NCBI GenBank assembly: GCA_002104945.1
Contig: MCFH01000194.1
Location: forward strand, 1 to 18,671
DNA from: Piromyces finnis finn
Taxonomy: Eukaryota > Fungi > Neocallimastigomycota
DNA: 18,671 bases
Direction of reading: 5' to 3'
A model generated the notes under the pieces. That model was not told where the DNA came from and made no database searches. It worked only from the letters and a program-made list of their open reading frames with translations. This document shows positions 1 to 11,300 of the stretch, piece after piece. How positions within the stretch are numbered: position 1 is the stretch's first letter; each line of letters begins with the position of its first letter. Both the position numbers and the translations under genes were made by a program.

Positions 1-505
1 TCTTATTACAATAATACAAAATTACTTTTATTGTAAGTTTTTTTTTTAGTTTTCCATTTTATTTTATTTTATTTTATTTTAAAAGTATTATCCGCTTTCT
101 TTATTATATATTCTAATCTTATTTTTACAAAAATAATATAAAATGTAACTATTTTATTAAAAATTATTTAATTTTTTGATACAATTTTTTATATTAATTT
201 TAAGAAAAAAATAATGAAATTTTAATATTTTTTTTTTTTTTTTTTATGTTACTACCTTCTACAAAAAAAGTTTAAATTAATACTTGATGTATTACTTGAA
301 GTTATAAACGATTTATAAAATTAATAAAAAAAAAAAAAGAGAGGAAATAATAATATAAAGAAATCATAATAAAATAAAACTATTTTTTTAGCTACAAAAT
401 TATGAATATTAAAAAATAAAGTAATAATAATCTAAAAGAAATTAAACATAATTTCAACACAAATCATTTCAACTTTTAATTTGAAAGTATTAAAAAAAAA
501 AAAAA

Positions 506-1839
506 ATGGAAAAAGAAAAATTCAAATACAAAAGATAAAGAAGCACCTCCAAGGAAATTACCTGCATGCGATAAGTAAATATAGTGTTATTTAATTCATC
601 ATATTAATGATCGTAATTTATATTCATATAATATTCATATTTTTAGTTTTTATTTGGTAATGTGAAATATAATATTAAATATTATATTTTATATGAATAA
701 TTAAACCAAAATACTTTTAATTTACTTTATCATAAAATTAATATTCGATAAATTTGTAAACAATTGATTTCCATTATTTCAATTAAAAATATTATAATGA
801 AATATTGTATTTATTAATGTTTTATATGTATATATAATATTTTTTTTTTTATTTTTTTATTTTATTTTTTTAATTTTAAAAAAAAAACACAATAAATAAT
901 GAAATAAAATGAAATAAATTATTGTTATAAATATAAAAGAAAATGTGATAGAAATTTTCCTACTTGTTCAACCTGTGCAAGAAATCAAAGACCATGTGTC
1001 TATATCAAGAAGAAGAGTAAGATCATTATTGGTTCAACCTTCTGCATTATCATTTGAAGAAAGATTAGCCCATATTGAGTCACTCTTAAGTATTTCTCAG
1101 AAAAATGTAATTCAAAATAGAGAAGAAATTTTATCCAATTTAAGCTCATTAGCAAATAATGAAATTGTTGCCAATCCTTCCGCTGAAAAGCATCACCAAA
1201 AAAAGAACAGCAGGTATATTAGTTTTTTTTATAATTTATTTATTTATTTAATGATAAATCTACTATTGAAATGAATATATATAAAATAGTAAAATAAGGT
1301 TATAAAAATTTAGCATTCTTATAAAGTTTATTAAATCTTGTATATATTAAAACAAGTAGAAGAAGTAAAATCAACAAGAAAGAAAAAGCAGAAAAATGAA
1401 GTAAATAAAATGATGCAGAAAGAATGCAAAGTATAAAATGTGTAAATCAATCTTTTATTAATGAAATAAGAAGGTAACATACCAAGAATTGAATCAAAAA
1501 TATTAATAAAAAACTAAGAAATAATAACAAATATTTAAAAATTTTATTAAAAAAAAAAAAAGATTTAGAGCAACAATGTTAATGATTTATTAATGGAAAA
1601 TTACAATAAGTTCTATGATATGGTGAAAGGTATCTTCAGTAAAGCATTATTATAATTGAAAATATAATTTTTTGGTAAATGATATTAAATAATTATATAC
1701 ATATATCTATATATATTTATACTTTTATAATAATATCAAAAAGATTTCCAATGTGACATAAAAATGGATTTAATTAAAATATATTTTACACACATTAATC
1801 ACAATATACCATTTAATAAAAAAGCAGACTTCTCAAAAT
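506..1839 (+). CDS. Zn(II)2Cys6 (GAL4-like) transcription factor, left-arm copy; spliced, frameshifted and 3'-truncated at the fold-back
   Basis: Exon 1 ends ...APPRKLPACD(N) at GT 575-576. Exon 2 from ~923 continues C..K.KCDRNFPTCSTCARNQRPCVY, then ...LSFEERLAHIESLL (coiled-coil-like; ORF 945-1274 is part of this exon). Later exons give DLLMENYNKFYDMVK and YFTHINHNIPF. The intron-1 acceptor AG is missing in this copy (AATTATTGT at ~917-925). Confidence 0.75.
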
Positions 1840-1903
1840 GATGTCAACCACATTTATTAATGAGTTTATACAATTATCATGTTAGATCCTGTAATTTGCT
1901 ATT

Positions 1904-3258
1904 ATTTTGAAGAAAGTCTGCTTTTTTAATAAATGGTATATTGTGATTAATGTGTGTAAAATATATTTTTAAATTAAACCATTTTTATGTCACATTGGAA
2001 ATCTTTTTGATATTATTATAAAAGTATAAATATATATAGATATATGTATATAAATTAATTTAATATCATTTACCAAAAAATTATATTTTCAATTATAATA
2101 ATGCTTTAACTGAAGATACCTTTCACCATATCATTAGAACTTATGTAATTTTCCATTAATAAATCATTAACATTGTTGCTCTAAATCTTTTTTTTTTTTT
2201 TTAATAAAATTTTTTAAATATTTAGTTATTATTCTTAGTTTTTTATTAATATTTTTGATTCAATTCTTGGTATGTTACCTTCTTATTTCATTAATAAAAG
2301 ATTGATTTACACATTTTAATACTTTGGCATTCTTTCTGCATCATTTTTATTTACTTCATTTTTCTGCTTTTTCTTTCTTGTTGATTTACTTCTTCTACTT
2401 GTTTTAAATATATACAAGATTTAATAAACTTTATTAAGAATGCTAAATTTTTATGAACCTTATTTTACTATTTTATATATATATTCATTTCAATAGTAGA
2501 TTTATCATTAAATATAAATAAATTAATAAAAAAAACTAAATATAACCTGCTGTTCTTTTTTGGGTGATGCTTTTTCAGCGGAAGGATTGGCAACAAATTT
2601 CATTATTTGCTAATGAGCTTTAATTGGATAAAAATTTCTTCTCTATTTTGAATTACATTTTTCTGAGAAATACTTAAGAGTGACTCAATATGGGGCTAAT
2701 CTTTCTTCAAATGATAAATGCAGAAGGTTGAACCAATAATGATCTTACTCTTCTTCTTGAATAGACACATGGTCTTTGATTTCTTGCACAGGTTGAACAA
2801 GTAGGAAAATTTCTATCACATTTTTCTTTATATTTATAACAACTAATTTATTTCATTTTATTTCATTATTTATTGTGTTTTTTTTTTAAAATTAAAAAAA
2901 TAAAATAAAAATAAAAAAAAAATATTATATTAATACATATAAAACATTAAAATACAAATTTCATTATAATATTTTTAATTGAAATAATGGAAATCAATTA
3001 GTTTACAAATTTATCGAATATTAATTTTATGATAAAGTAAATTAAAAGTATTTTGGTTTAATTATTCATATAAAATATAATATTTATAATTATATTTCAC
3101 ATTACCAAATAAAAACTAAAAATATGAATATTATAATGAATATAAATTACGATCATTAATATGATGAATTAAATAACACTATATTTACTTATCGCATGCA
3201 GGTAATTTCCTTGGAGGTGCTTCTTTATCTTTTGTATTTGAAGTTTTTCTTTTTCCAT
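1904..3258 (-). CDS. Zn(II)2Cys6 (GAL4-like) transcription factor, right-arm copy; spliced, frameshifted and 3'-truncated
   Basis: Exon 1 (3258-3189) joined across a GT-AG intron (3188-2843) to exon 2 (2842-2547) gives ACDNCYKYKEKCDRNFPTCSTCARNQRPCVY, an exact C-x2-C-x6-C-x6-C-x2-C-x6-C binuclear cluster. The last visible exon reads YFTHINHNIPFIKKADFLQN, resembling the start of a fungal TF middle-homology region. The ATG at 3258 is one base out of frame in both arms, so the start is tentative. Confidence 0.85.
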
Positions 3259-5383
3259 TTTTTTTTTTTTTTAATACTTTCAAATTAAAAGTTGAAATGA
3301 TTTGTGTTGAAATTATGTTTAATTTCTTTTAGATTATTATTACTTTATTTTTTAATATTCAATAATTTTGTAGCTAAAAAAATAGTTTTATTTTATTATG
3401 ATTTCTTTTATATTATTATTTCCTTCTCTTTTTTTTTTTTTTATTAATTTTATAAATCGTTTATAACTTCAAGTAATACATCAAGTATTAATTTAAACTT
3501 TTTTTGTAGAAGGTAGTAACATGAAAAAAAAAAAAAAAAATATTAAAATTTCATTATTTTTTTCTTAAAATTAATATAAAAAATTGTATCAAAAAATTAA
3601 ATAATTTTTAATAAAATAGTTACATTTTATATTATTTTTGTAAAAATAAGATTAGAATATATAATAAAGAAAAGGGATAATAACTTTTAAAAATAAAATA
3701 AAATAAATAAAATGGAAACAAAAAAAAACTTACAATAAAAGTAATTTTGTATTATTGTAATAAGAATAAAAGCTTTACATTAATATTATTTTAAATATTT
3801 ATTTTTTTATAATTAAAAATATAATATGAGAACTATAAGCTTATTATTATATGGAAAAAAAAAAAGATTAAAATTGGATAATTTCTAATAAACCTAGTCA
3901 CTTAGCAATTTCTAGCCTGAATTATTTTTGGTTAGTAGCGGAAATACAGTACAAGCGGACTATAGTTCCACAGCTAAGTCATAATAAAAATAAATATCAA
4001 ATTTTATTAAATATTATAAGTATAAATAAAGATGGTTGAGCTTTTTCCGAAGTTTAATAAAACTCAACAACGATAAAAACAATACCACAGAATAAAAAAG
4101 GATAATTAGGAAAATATAATTATATAATTATATTCAATTTGAACTAAATTTCTATTTAAATGAAAAGAATTTATTAAAAAAATAATTAAATTAAAATAAA
4201 TGATGTAATATTAAGTTGTTTTTTTTTTTTTTTCCACTTTACGTATATATAATAATTTATTCTATGCTTTTTCACTATATTTATAATAATATAAATTACT
4301 TTCAAACAAACAAAAAAACTATACATTATTAAAATGAATTCATTTTTTCATTATGAAAAAATATATAAATGTAATATTAACATATGATAATTATAACAAT
4401 AATTAAATAGTCTTAATATTTTTATATAATATTTAGTTTATTCCATTGATTAAATTATATATTTGCTTTTTATTGCTAATTATTTTTAGGAATAAAAATT
4501 TATTATTTAAAATTGGACTTTATTAAAATTTCAAACAATGAGATATTGTTCCTTTATACATTATGGATTTCAGGGTATTTATCATAAATTAATATATTTA
4601 TTAATACATCTATTCCTGTGGGACTTTGAATATACAAACTATTTATACGTAATATTTATAAGATTTTATTACAGTTTATCAACATTTTCATTGATTGATT
4701 CATTATATGAGTATAAACAATAATTAAAGTGTATTTTATGAAAATTTATTATTCCTGTGAAATCTTTTTACAATATTTTAATATTTTTCAGTACTTTGAA
4801 ATATTTCTTTATAAATATTATAGTAAGATTTGGATAAATAAATAATGTAAACATTAAAAAATTAAAGGTTAAAAATATGTAAAGATTTAATTCTTCTTTA
4901 AGAATCAAACATATATTTTAGTATTTTATATAAAATATTGTATAATCAAAAAAGAACATAAAATGTTTATATTTTTATAAGATAGTATAAAGTACTATGT
5001 ACAATTTTTAATAATGTATTAATAATATTAATAAAATTGAAATGTTAATTTTAAACATTTAATCCACCCAACTATTATAGTCTACAATAAAATAATTATT
5101 TAGTTATTCTTTTAAATTTTAAAATATTCTAATTCATAAATAAATTTAGACATTTGATTGGTTAAAGAAATTTTAATTTTTTTTTTAAATTTTTGGAAGG
5201 TTTGTAAAAGAGTTTTAGGTACACATATTTCATTTATGAATGTTTAAATGAAGTAATATATTTAGTATTTTATTAATTTTGTTTAAATTTTAAATTTATC
5301 CAGTAACACGTTATAGACTATAAAACATTGTAAATAAAGAATAATTAAATAAAGAAAAATAGATATATTAGTGTTAAAATAAA

Positions 5384-5803
5384 ATGAAATTAACTCCAGC
5401 TATTTTATCTCTTGGAATCCAGAGAAACCACTCTCAGAATTAATTTTTGCTAAATGTAATAATAAACAAATTAACATGTTGATGATATTTCATCATGTGT
5501 TTCACTACATAAATTAGATTTATCAAACAATGAAATTAAAAAAACAGGTGCTCTTAGTGGTCTTCGTTATTGTTCAGAATTAACATGGTTAATCTTCAAA
5601 ATAATCAGTTAGATGTATGTCCACCATTCGACTACCAAGATAAAGATGGCCTTGGTAAAATGGATAAATTATTAGGTATTTATATTTTAACTTTAGTAAA
5701 ATAAAGGAGACGATATATAAATGATATATTATTTTTTGTCTATTTTAAAAAATTAATTTTAAAATATAATTTTATATTAATTTTTAATGTTTTGATATTA
5801 TTC

Positions 5804-5874
<71 letters not shown>

Positions 5875-7760
5875 TTTATTTTGCTAAATACAATAATCCT
5901 TGAATAAAGTTTTAAATTTAAATTTGAATCAAGTTGAAAGAATTACACCATATTTATATAAATTAAAAGAATTAAAGCATTAATCTTGGGTCACAATAAA
6001 ATTTCAAAAATTGAAATTTGGAATCACTCATCAATTTAAATACTCTTGGTAAGTTATTGATATCCTTATTTACATAATTAATAAAATGATAATATTTTAT
6101 AATTTAAAAATTAAAATATTAATAATCTTTATAAAAATATTATATATATTAAAATAATTATATGTCAATATTAATAAAATAGTATTATCATATAATAAGA
6201 TTGAAGAATTTCAAATTTAACATGTTTAAAAGCTTAACAAATTATCAATTGCACACAATAAAATAAGAGTATTCCCAGATTTAAGAATGAATACTGAACT
6301 CAAAGAATTACGTTAAATAATAACAGACTTTAGGTGTACCAGAATATGTTAATTTTTACCAAAATTAGAATTTTAGATTTAGGTAACAACTTCTTAAAAG
6401 AATTTAGGTAATTATTTTTTATCTGATATATGTATATTTTAAATAATATAAATTTCATTAATTAAATATGATAATTAATTTTATTTTATTAAATATTCTA
6501 TAAATAGTGACATAGAAAATCTTAAATCACTTTTCCATTTGAATAACTTAAATTTAAAGGGTAATCCAGTAACAAAACTTGAAAATTACAAAGAAAAGGT
6601 ATTTTTTGGATTTTATTTTAAAATTATATATATAAAATAGTTTTTTATGCTAACGTATTTATAATTATTTTTATTAAAATTATATATCATCATTAAAATA
6701 ATAATAATAAAGATTTTAGATTTGATACCATCATTAAAGGTTTTAGATGGTGAACGTTTTGATAAGAAATTTTTAGAAAACGTGAAAAGAGAAAATTTTC
6801 ATTGAACATAAAAAGAAGAAGGAAATTGCTAAAAAATTAGGTTTAGGTAAAAAGAAATCAAAGAAGAACAAGAAAATGAAGAAAATAAAGAAGAAAACAA
6901 TGACAATGATAGTAAAGATACTAAATCTAAATTTACAAAGAAATCAACAAAAAAAATTAATAAATCCGAGGAAACAGAAGATAATGATGATAATGAAGTT
7001 GAAAAACCAATTAAGAATAATAAAAAGCTGAAAATGATGATGTTAATGAAAATGATGTAAAAAAGACTAAGAAGACCAGTAAAAGAATAAATTCATCAGA
7101 GAAGGTTCTAAAAAGCCAAATTCATTAAAGATTAATAAGAATTCTAAAATAATAAAAAAGACAATCAATTAAAGGATGAAAGACCATATAGAAAAACAGG
7201 AAGAAGTAATGGATATTTCGATTATATTAATGAACAAAATAGAATTAGTAAAGAACAAGAAGAATCTATTGGTAATACTAAGCGTAAAGTAGCTATTAAG
7301 GAGGATGACTTCTTTGTAGAAAAGAAGACAACTACTAAAACAAAATCAAAGAAATTAGCCAATAAGGACGAAAGTAATAAGAAGAAGCGTAAGTCTTCTG
7401 AAATTGAAAGCAAGAACGAATCTGATGGTACTATTGCTTCTTCAGAAAAGGCAGTTAAGATACCAAAATTAGAAAGTAAACCAAATTAATTGATGAAGAA
7501 GCCGAAATGAAGAATAGATCTGGTGTAGTAGAAGTCATTTCTAATGTTAATACCAAGGGTAAGGCTGGTAAAGGAAAGAAAGGAAAAACAACTTCAATGG
7601 TAAAGTATTGGTTACTCAATTTAATCCAGGTTTATGGTCAGCTAAGAAATCAGATAAAGTTAACATTGTTAAAGCTGATGAAACCACTCAAGAATCAGAC
7701 AATAAAACAGAAGCTAAACAAAGTATATGGGGATCTAATATTATTTCAGGATGGGATTAG
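5384..7760 (+). CDS. SDS22-like leucine-rich repeat protein with LRRcap and long K/E/N-rich C-terminal tail (5 exons, many 1-bp indels)
   Basis: Piecewise translation gives LHKLDLSNNEI, LNLQNNQL, LKALILGHNKISKIENLESLINLNTLVLSYNKI, LSIAHNKI, LKELRLNNN, LEILDLGNNFL, LNNLNLKGNPVTKLENYKEKILDLIPSLKVLDGERFDKKFLEKR, and the C-terminus RSGVVEVI...WGSNIISGWD* (TAG 7758-7760). GT-AG introns at about 5677-5909, 6049-6183, 6408-6508 and 6599-6712. Confidence 0.8.
5805..5880. repeat. Compound microsatellite, (TTA)n then (TTTA)n, in intron 1 of the LRR gene
   Basis: Uninterrupted TTA/ATT units over ~5805-5860, followed by TTTA units to 5880. Confidence 0.95.
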
Positions 7761-8250
7761 AATAAAAGAAATAAAAATCAATTTATTTTATATATATATA
7801 TTATTTATTCCTCACCTTATTAAGTTTTTTTATTTTTTTTACGTTTAATTATATCTTGTATTTAAAAAAAATATAATATTAAAAAAAAGAAAAAAAGAAT
7901 TTTTTTATTTATTATCTACATATATATATTGATTTTTTAGTACTTTTTTTTTTTAATTTATTTACATTATAAAAATTAAATATTACTATTATAGAATATA
8001 TGAATAAAGCAAACAAATATTAAAAAATAAACCTTTTTGTTATTATTATTATTATATTTAAATGAATAATTTTGATGAACTAGTAATTGAAAAAAAAAAA
8101 AAAAGGAAAAATATTTAAAAAGAAAATTAAAATGATTTATTATTATATAATGATTAATTTATTATAGATTATTATTTTTTTTTTATTTTTTTTTTTTTAT
8201 TTTTTTTTAAATATATTTGCAAATGACTATTAATTATTTTATATAATAAT

Positions 8251-8252
<2 letters not shown>

Positions 8253-8284
<32 letters not shown>
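8253..8284. repeat. Poly(T)32 tract between the convergent LRR and SNU114 3' ends
   Basis: Directly visible homopolymer; the exact length is unreliable in this assembly. Confidence 0.9.
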
Positions 8285-8285
<1 letters not shown>

Positions 8286-8376
8286 ATAATTATTTATTAT
8301 TTATTTTTTCATTAATTATAGATTAGAAATTAAATAGTAGTTTATTGGTAGGTAGGGGTAGCAATGATTTTTAAAT

Positions 8377-11300
8377 TTAGCTAAGATCGTTTAATATTGA
8401 GGAAATCATTGGATCATCAAAGAATTTTTCAATTGCAACATCTTCACTTAAACCCTTTTTATATTAATAAAATAAATATATATAGGTATTAATATTTGGT
8501 TTTTTTTTTTTTTAACGCATAAATAATACTATATTCTTATTCTATAATTACCTTTCTTCTTCTGGTTTTAACCATGAAATCACGAGCTAAATGACTTTCT
8601 GGGGATGGTTCTAATGGACGTAAAACAATTGATTTATCTAATGGATCACCTGGAACCATTTGCCAGTGATCAAATATTTGTTGACAGAAGGCTTGACCTT
8701 GAGTATAAATACGAAGATCAGTTTCAAACCTGGAGAATCAATTGCTGGTAAGTATGCCTTTACAGTATATAATGGGGAACCTGGTTTTGGTATATCTTCA
8801 ACAACATGACCTCTTCTTCTGGCTAAAACGGTATAAACAGATGAAACACAATCTGCTGGTGATTGAATTTCAACAAAGTAAACTGGTTCCATTAAACGTG
8901 GAGTTGCCTAATACAAAATAATAATTATAATAATGGTTATATATTTATAGTAAAATATTTATAAATATTAATTTGGTTTTAATAAATATATTAATATGAA
9001 AGAATTTAATTTCTTTTTAATTAACTAAAATATATATATATATATATATATTACCATTAAAAAGGCAGAATATGATACACGACGAGCAGTTGGAATAATT
9101 TGACCACCACCACGGTAAAGTGGTTCTTGGGCTAAAGTGGTATCTAATAATCTGAATTTGACATTACGAATAGCTTCATCACAAAGTGGTCCTTCACGTG
9201 CTCCCCATTGGAAACCTTGAACAATAGAATCCTTTACGGAGTATAATAATTTTTTATCTGTTTCAGATGGTAAGGTATCATTAATTAAAACATTTGGTCC
9301 ATTATCGTCTGGACCGAAAGCCCATATATTTCTTGAAGCTAATACATCCCAATCATAATTATTTACAAAGTGGTCGCTCAATTTCTTGGCTGGCCATTTA
9401 ATATTAATCTTTAAGTTTTCAATATCATCAGCAACATCTTTTTCAAGTGGTTCTGCTATCATAGTTAATTTATTCCTTTGGTTTTGTTAAAAAAAAATAA
9501 ATATAAATTTAGAATATTAATATTAATGTTGATTATTAAAAAATGAATATGATATTTAAATGGATTGTAATTTTTCATAAATTAATATGAAAAAAAATTT
9601 AATCGCAATATCATTTTTATCTGGAAAAAAAAAAAAGTTTTTTTTTAAAAAAATTTATAATAGATTTATAAAATGTGAAATATAATTTACTTTTTGTTTG
9701 GAGTTTCAGCATAACACTTAATAGAAGAAGTTTCGACAACAGTTTCACAGAATTTTACTACTGGATCAGCAACCTTAATATCAATTTCAGAGTATAATTT
9801 TCTTAAATCATGTAATGCACAATCAAGGAAAAGTTCACCAGTACCTAATATAATATGTTCACCAGATTCTTCAACCTTTGTTGTAGTAATTGGATAACTC
9901 TTATTAATTTTTCTTAAACCTTCTAACATCTTTGGTAATTCAGTTGGATTAACTGGTTCAACAGCAATCTTTAAAATTGGTTCAGTATCAAAACGAAGTG
10001 GTCTGAAAATGTATGGACTATTTCTTCGTCTTCTGAACTTGATGCTATATTGGTAATTGTAGCAGTTTTCATAATAGATTGATCAATTCCACCTAATAAT
10101 ACCCAATTACCAGCTATAACTGAATCAACCTTAATTTTATATCTAATTTATATTTTAATAAATTATAAATTTGATGAGGATTCTTGAAATAAAATATTTA
10201 ACTTTATATTCTCCTTCCTATGTTTACCTTGATTCATATATCCAAACATCTTTTATTTCTTTTATTGTCATATCTTCTTCATCATCCAATGAATACTTTT
10301 CACCAAGAATTCTTACTCTTTGACCAACACTAACTCTACCACTCATAATTCTACCAAATACATCAAATCCGGTATAGTTCTCTGAGTTATATAATTTTAC
10401 TATTTGAATCATTAATGGACCATTTGGATCACATTCCTTCATACTTTCAGCTATAGGAGAATCCATTGGACCAGTGTATGTATGTTCAATCTAACAATAA
10501 AAAAAATTAAAGCATTATTTATAAATTATTAATATTTATTTTCATTTTTTAATATATTTTTTAAAATCAAATTTTAAATGTTAGTATAATACGATAAAAT
10601 AACTACCTTATTTTTAGCATTTTCAATTGGTGATGGAATCTTTTTAATACACATATCTGTGAAACCAGTAGCAATACCAAAGAATTTTTGACATACTAAA
10701 CGTAATAATGGTTTAACATCTAACTTATATTCAGAAGCTTTAAGATAAATACCTAATGAGGCTAAAGTGTGCTTAAGGGTATCTTCATCTTCACCAATAA
10801 TCTAAATCAAACCAATTATCACATAAAAAATACATATATATTTTAAATTGATTAATGAAAATGGAAATATAACTAATAAATATTTTTTTATATATCATTT
10901 TGTTTTGAATAATCACTTGTGCATAGAGCTTATATAATGGTTCTAAAATAAAGTGTACAAAACCACGTTGAGATTTTGAACTCTTTGGCTTGCGACTGAA
11001 TTTTCTGGTATCTGGATTATAATAAATATCACCCCAGAGACGTTGTACAAACTTATCAACATCAATACCTCCATACATATCACTGTACATTTGGGCAAAT
11101 GTATCGAGAGTGAAACACCATCTCATTTCAGCTGATGAAAAAGCTACATTACCCTTTTCTGGTGAAACTCTGTTATCTTCATTATATTCACTAATTTTTT
11201 TTAAAAAAAAAATAAAGATTATTATTATTATTATATTAAATTAAGTATATTTTTTATAATTTCATTAAATATTAATTTTGTTTTTCCTTTACCATAAAAT

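Larger units (their letters stand above)
1..3765. repeat. Long fold-back inverted repeat: left arm 1-1839, spacer 1840-1903 (64 bp), right arm 1904-3765
   Basis: Position 1 TCTTATTACAATAATACAAAATTAC is the reverse complement of ...GTAATTTTGTATTATTGTAATAAGA ending at 3765. Internal landmarks mirror throughout (541-580 vs 3181-3225; 961-1200 vs 2560-2800; ...GCAGACTTCTCAAAAT at 1824-1839 vs ATTTTGAAGAAAGTCTGC from 1904). The arms differ mainly by 1-bp indels. The left arm may continue beyond the window edge. Confidence 0.97.

Noticed and set aside
945-1274. 109-aa ORF as a standalone gene
   Set aside because: It is exon 2 of the Zn2Cys6 gene, entered in the wrong frame and running into the next intron.
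1840-1903. Spacer as a missed sequencing adapter or telomere hairpin
   Set aside because: No resemblance to the standard SMRTbell adapter and no telomeric repeats here or at the window start.
3900-3979. tRNA gene
   Set aside because: A 7-bp acceptor-like stem exists, but there is no anticodon stem and no TTCRA T-loop on either strand.
4538-4830. 61-aa ORF, a TATTCCTGTG 10-mer repeated at 4611 and 4750, and short minus-strand open stretches
   Set aside because: No recognisable protein motif, stops in all frames, only two repeat copies and no periodicity. It could be a decayed element, but I cannot support that.
5630-5650. DYQDKDG peptide resembling a FLAG epitope
   Set aside because: Imperfect match embedded in native AT-biased coding sequence, with no vector context; coincidence.
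6060-6067. ATATCCTT as a U12 (AT-AC) donor
   Set aside because: It lies 11 nt inside an intron whose GTAAG donor and TAG acceptor already keep the LRR frame (L-V-L-S). All traced introns are GT-AG without U12 donors.
7222-7413. Minus-strand 63-aa ORF
   Set aside because: Antisense shadow of the K/E-rich LRR tail.
8347-8362. GGTAGGTAGGGGTAG as a G-quadruplex or special signal
   Set aside because: At best a two-tier GG motif on the antisense strand of the SNU114 3' UTR; too short to support.
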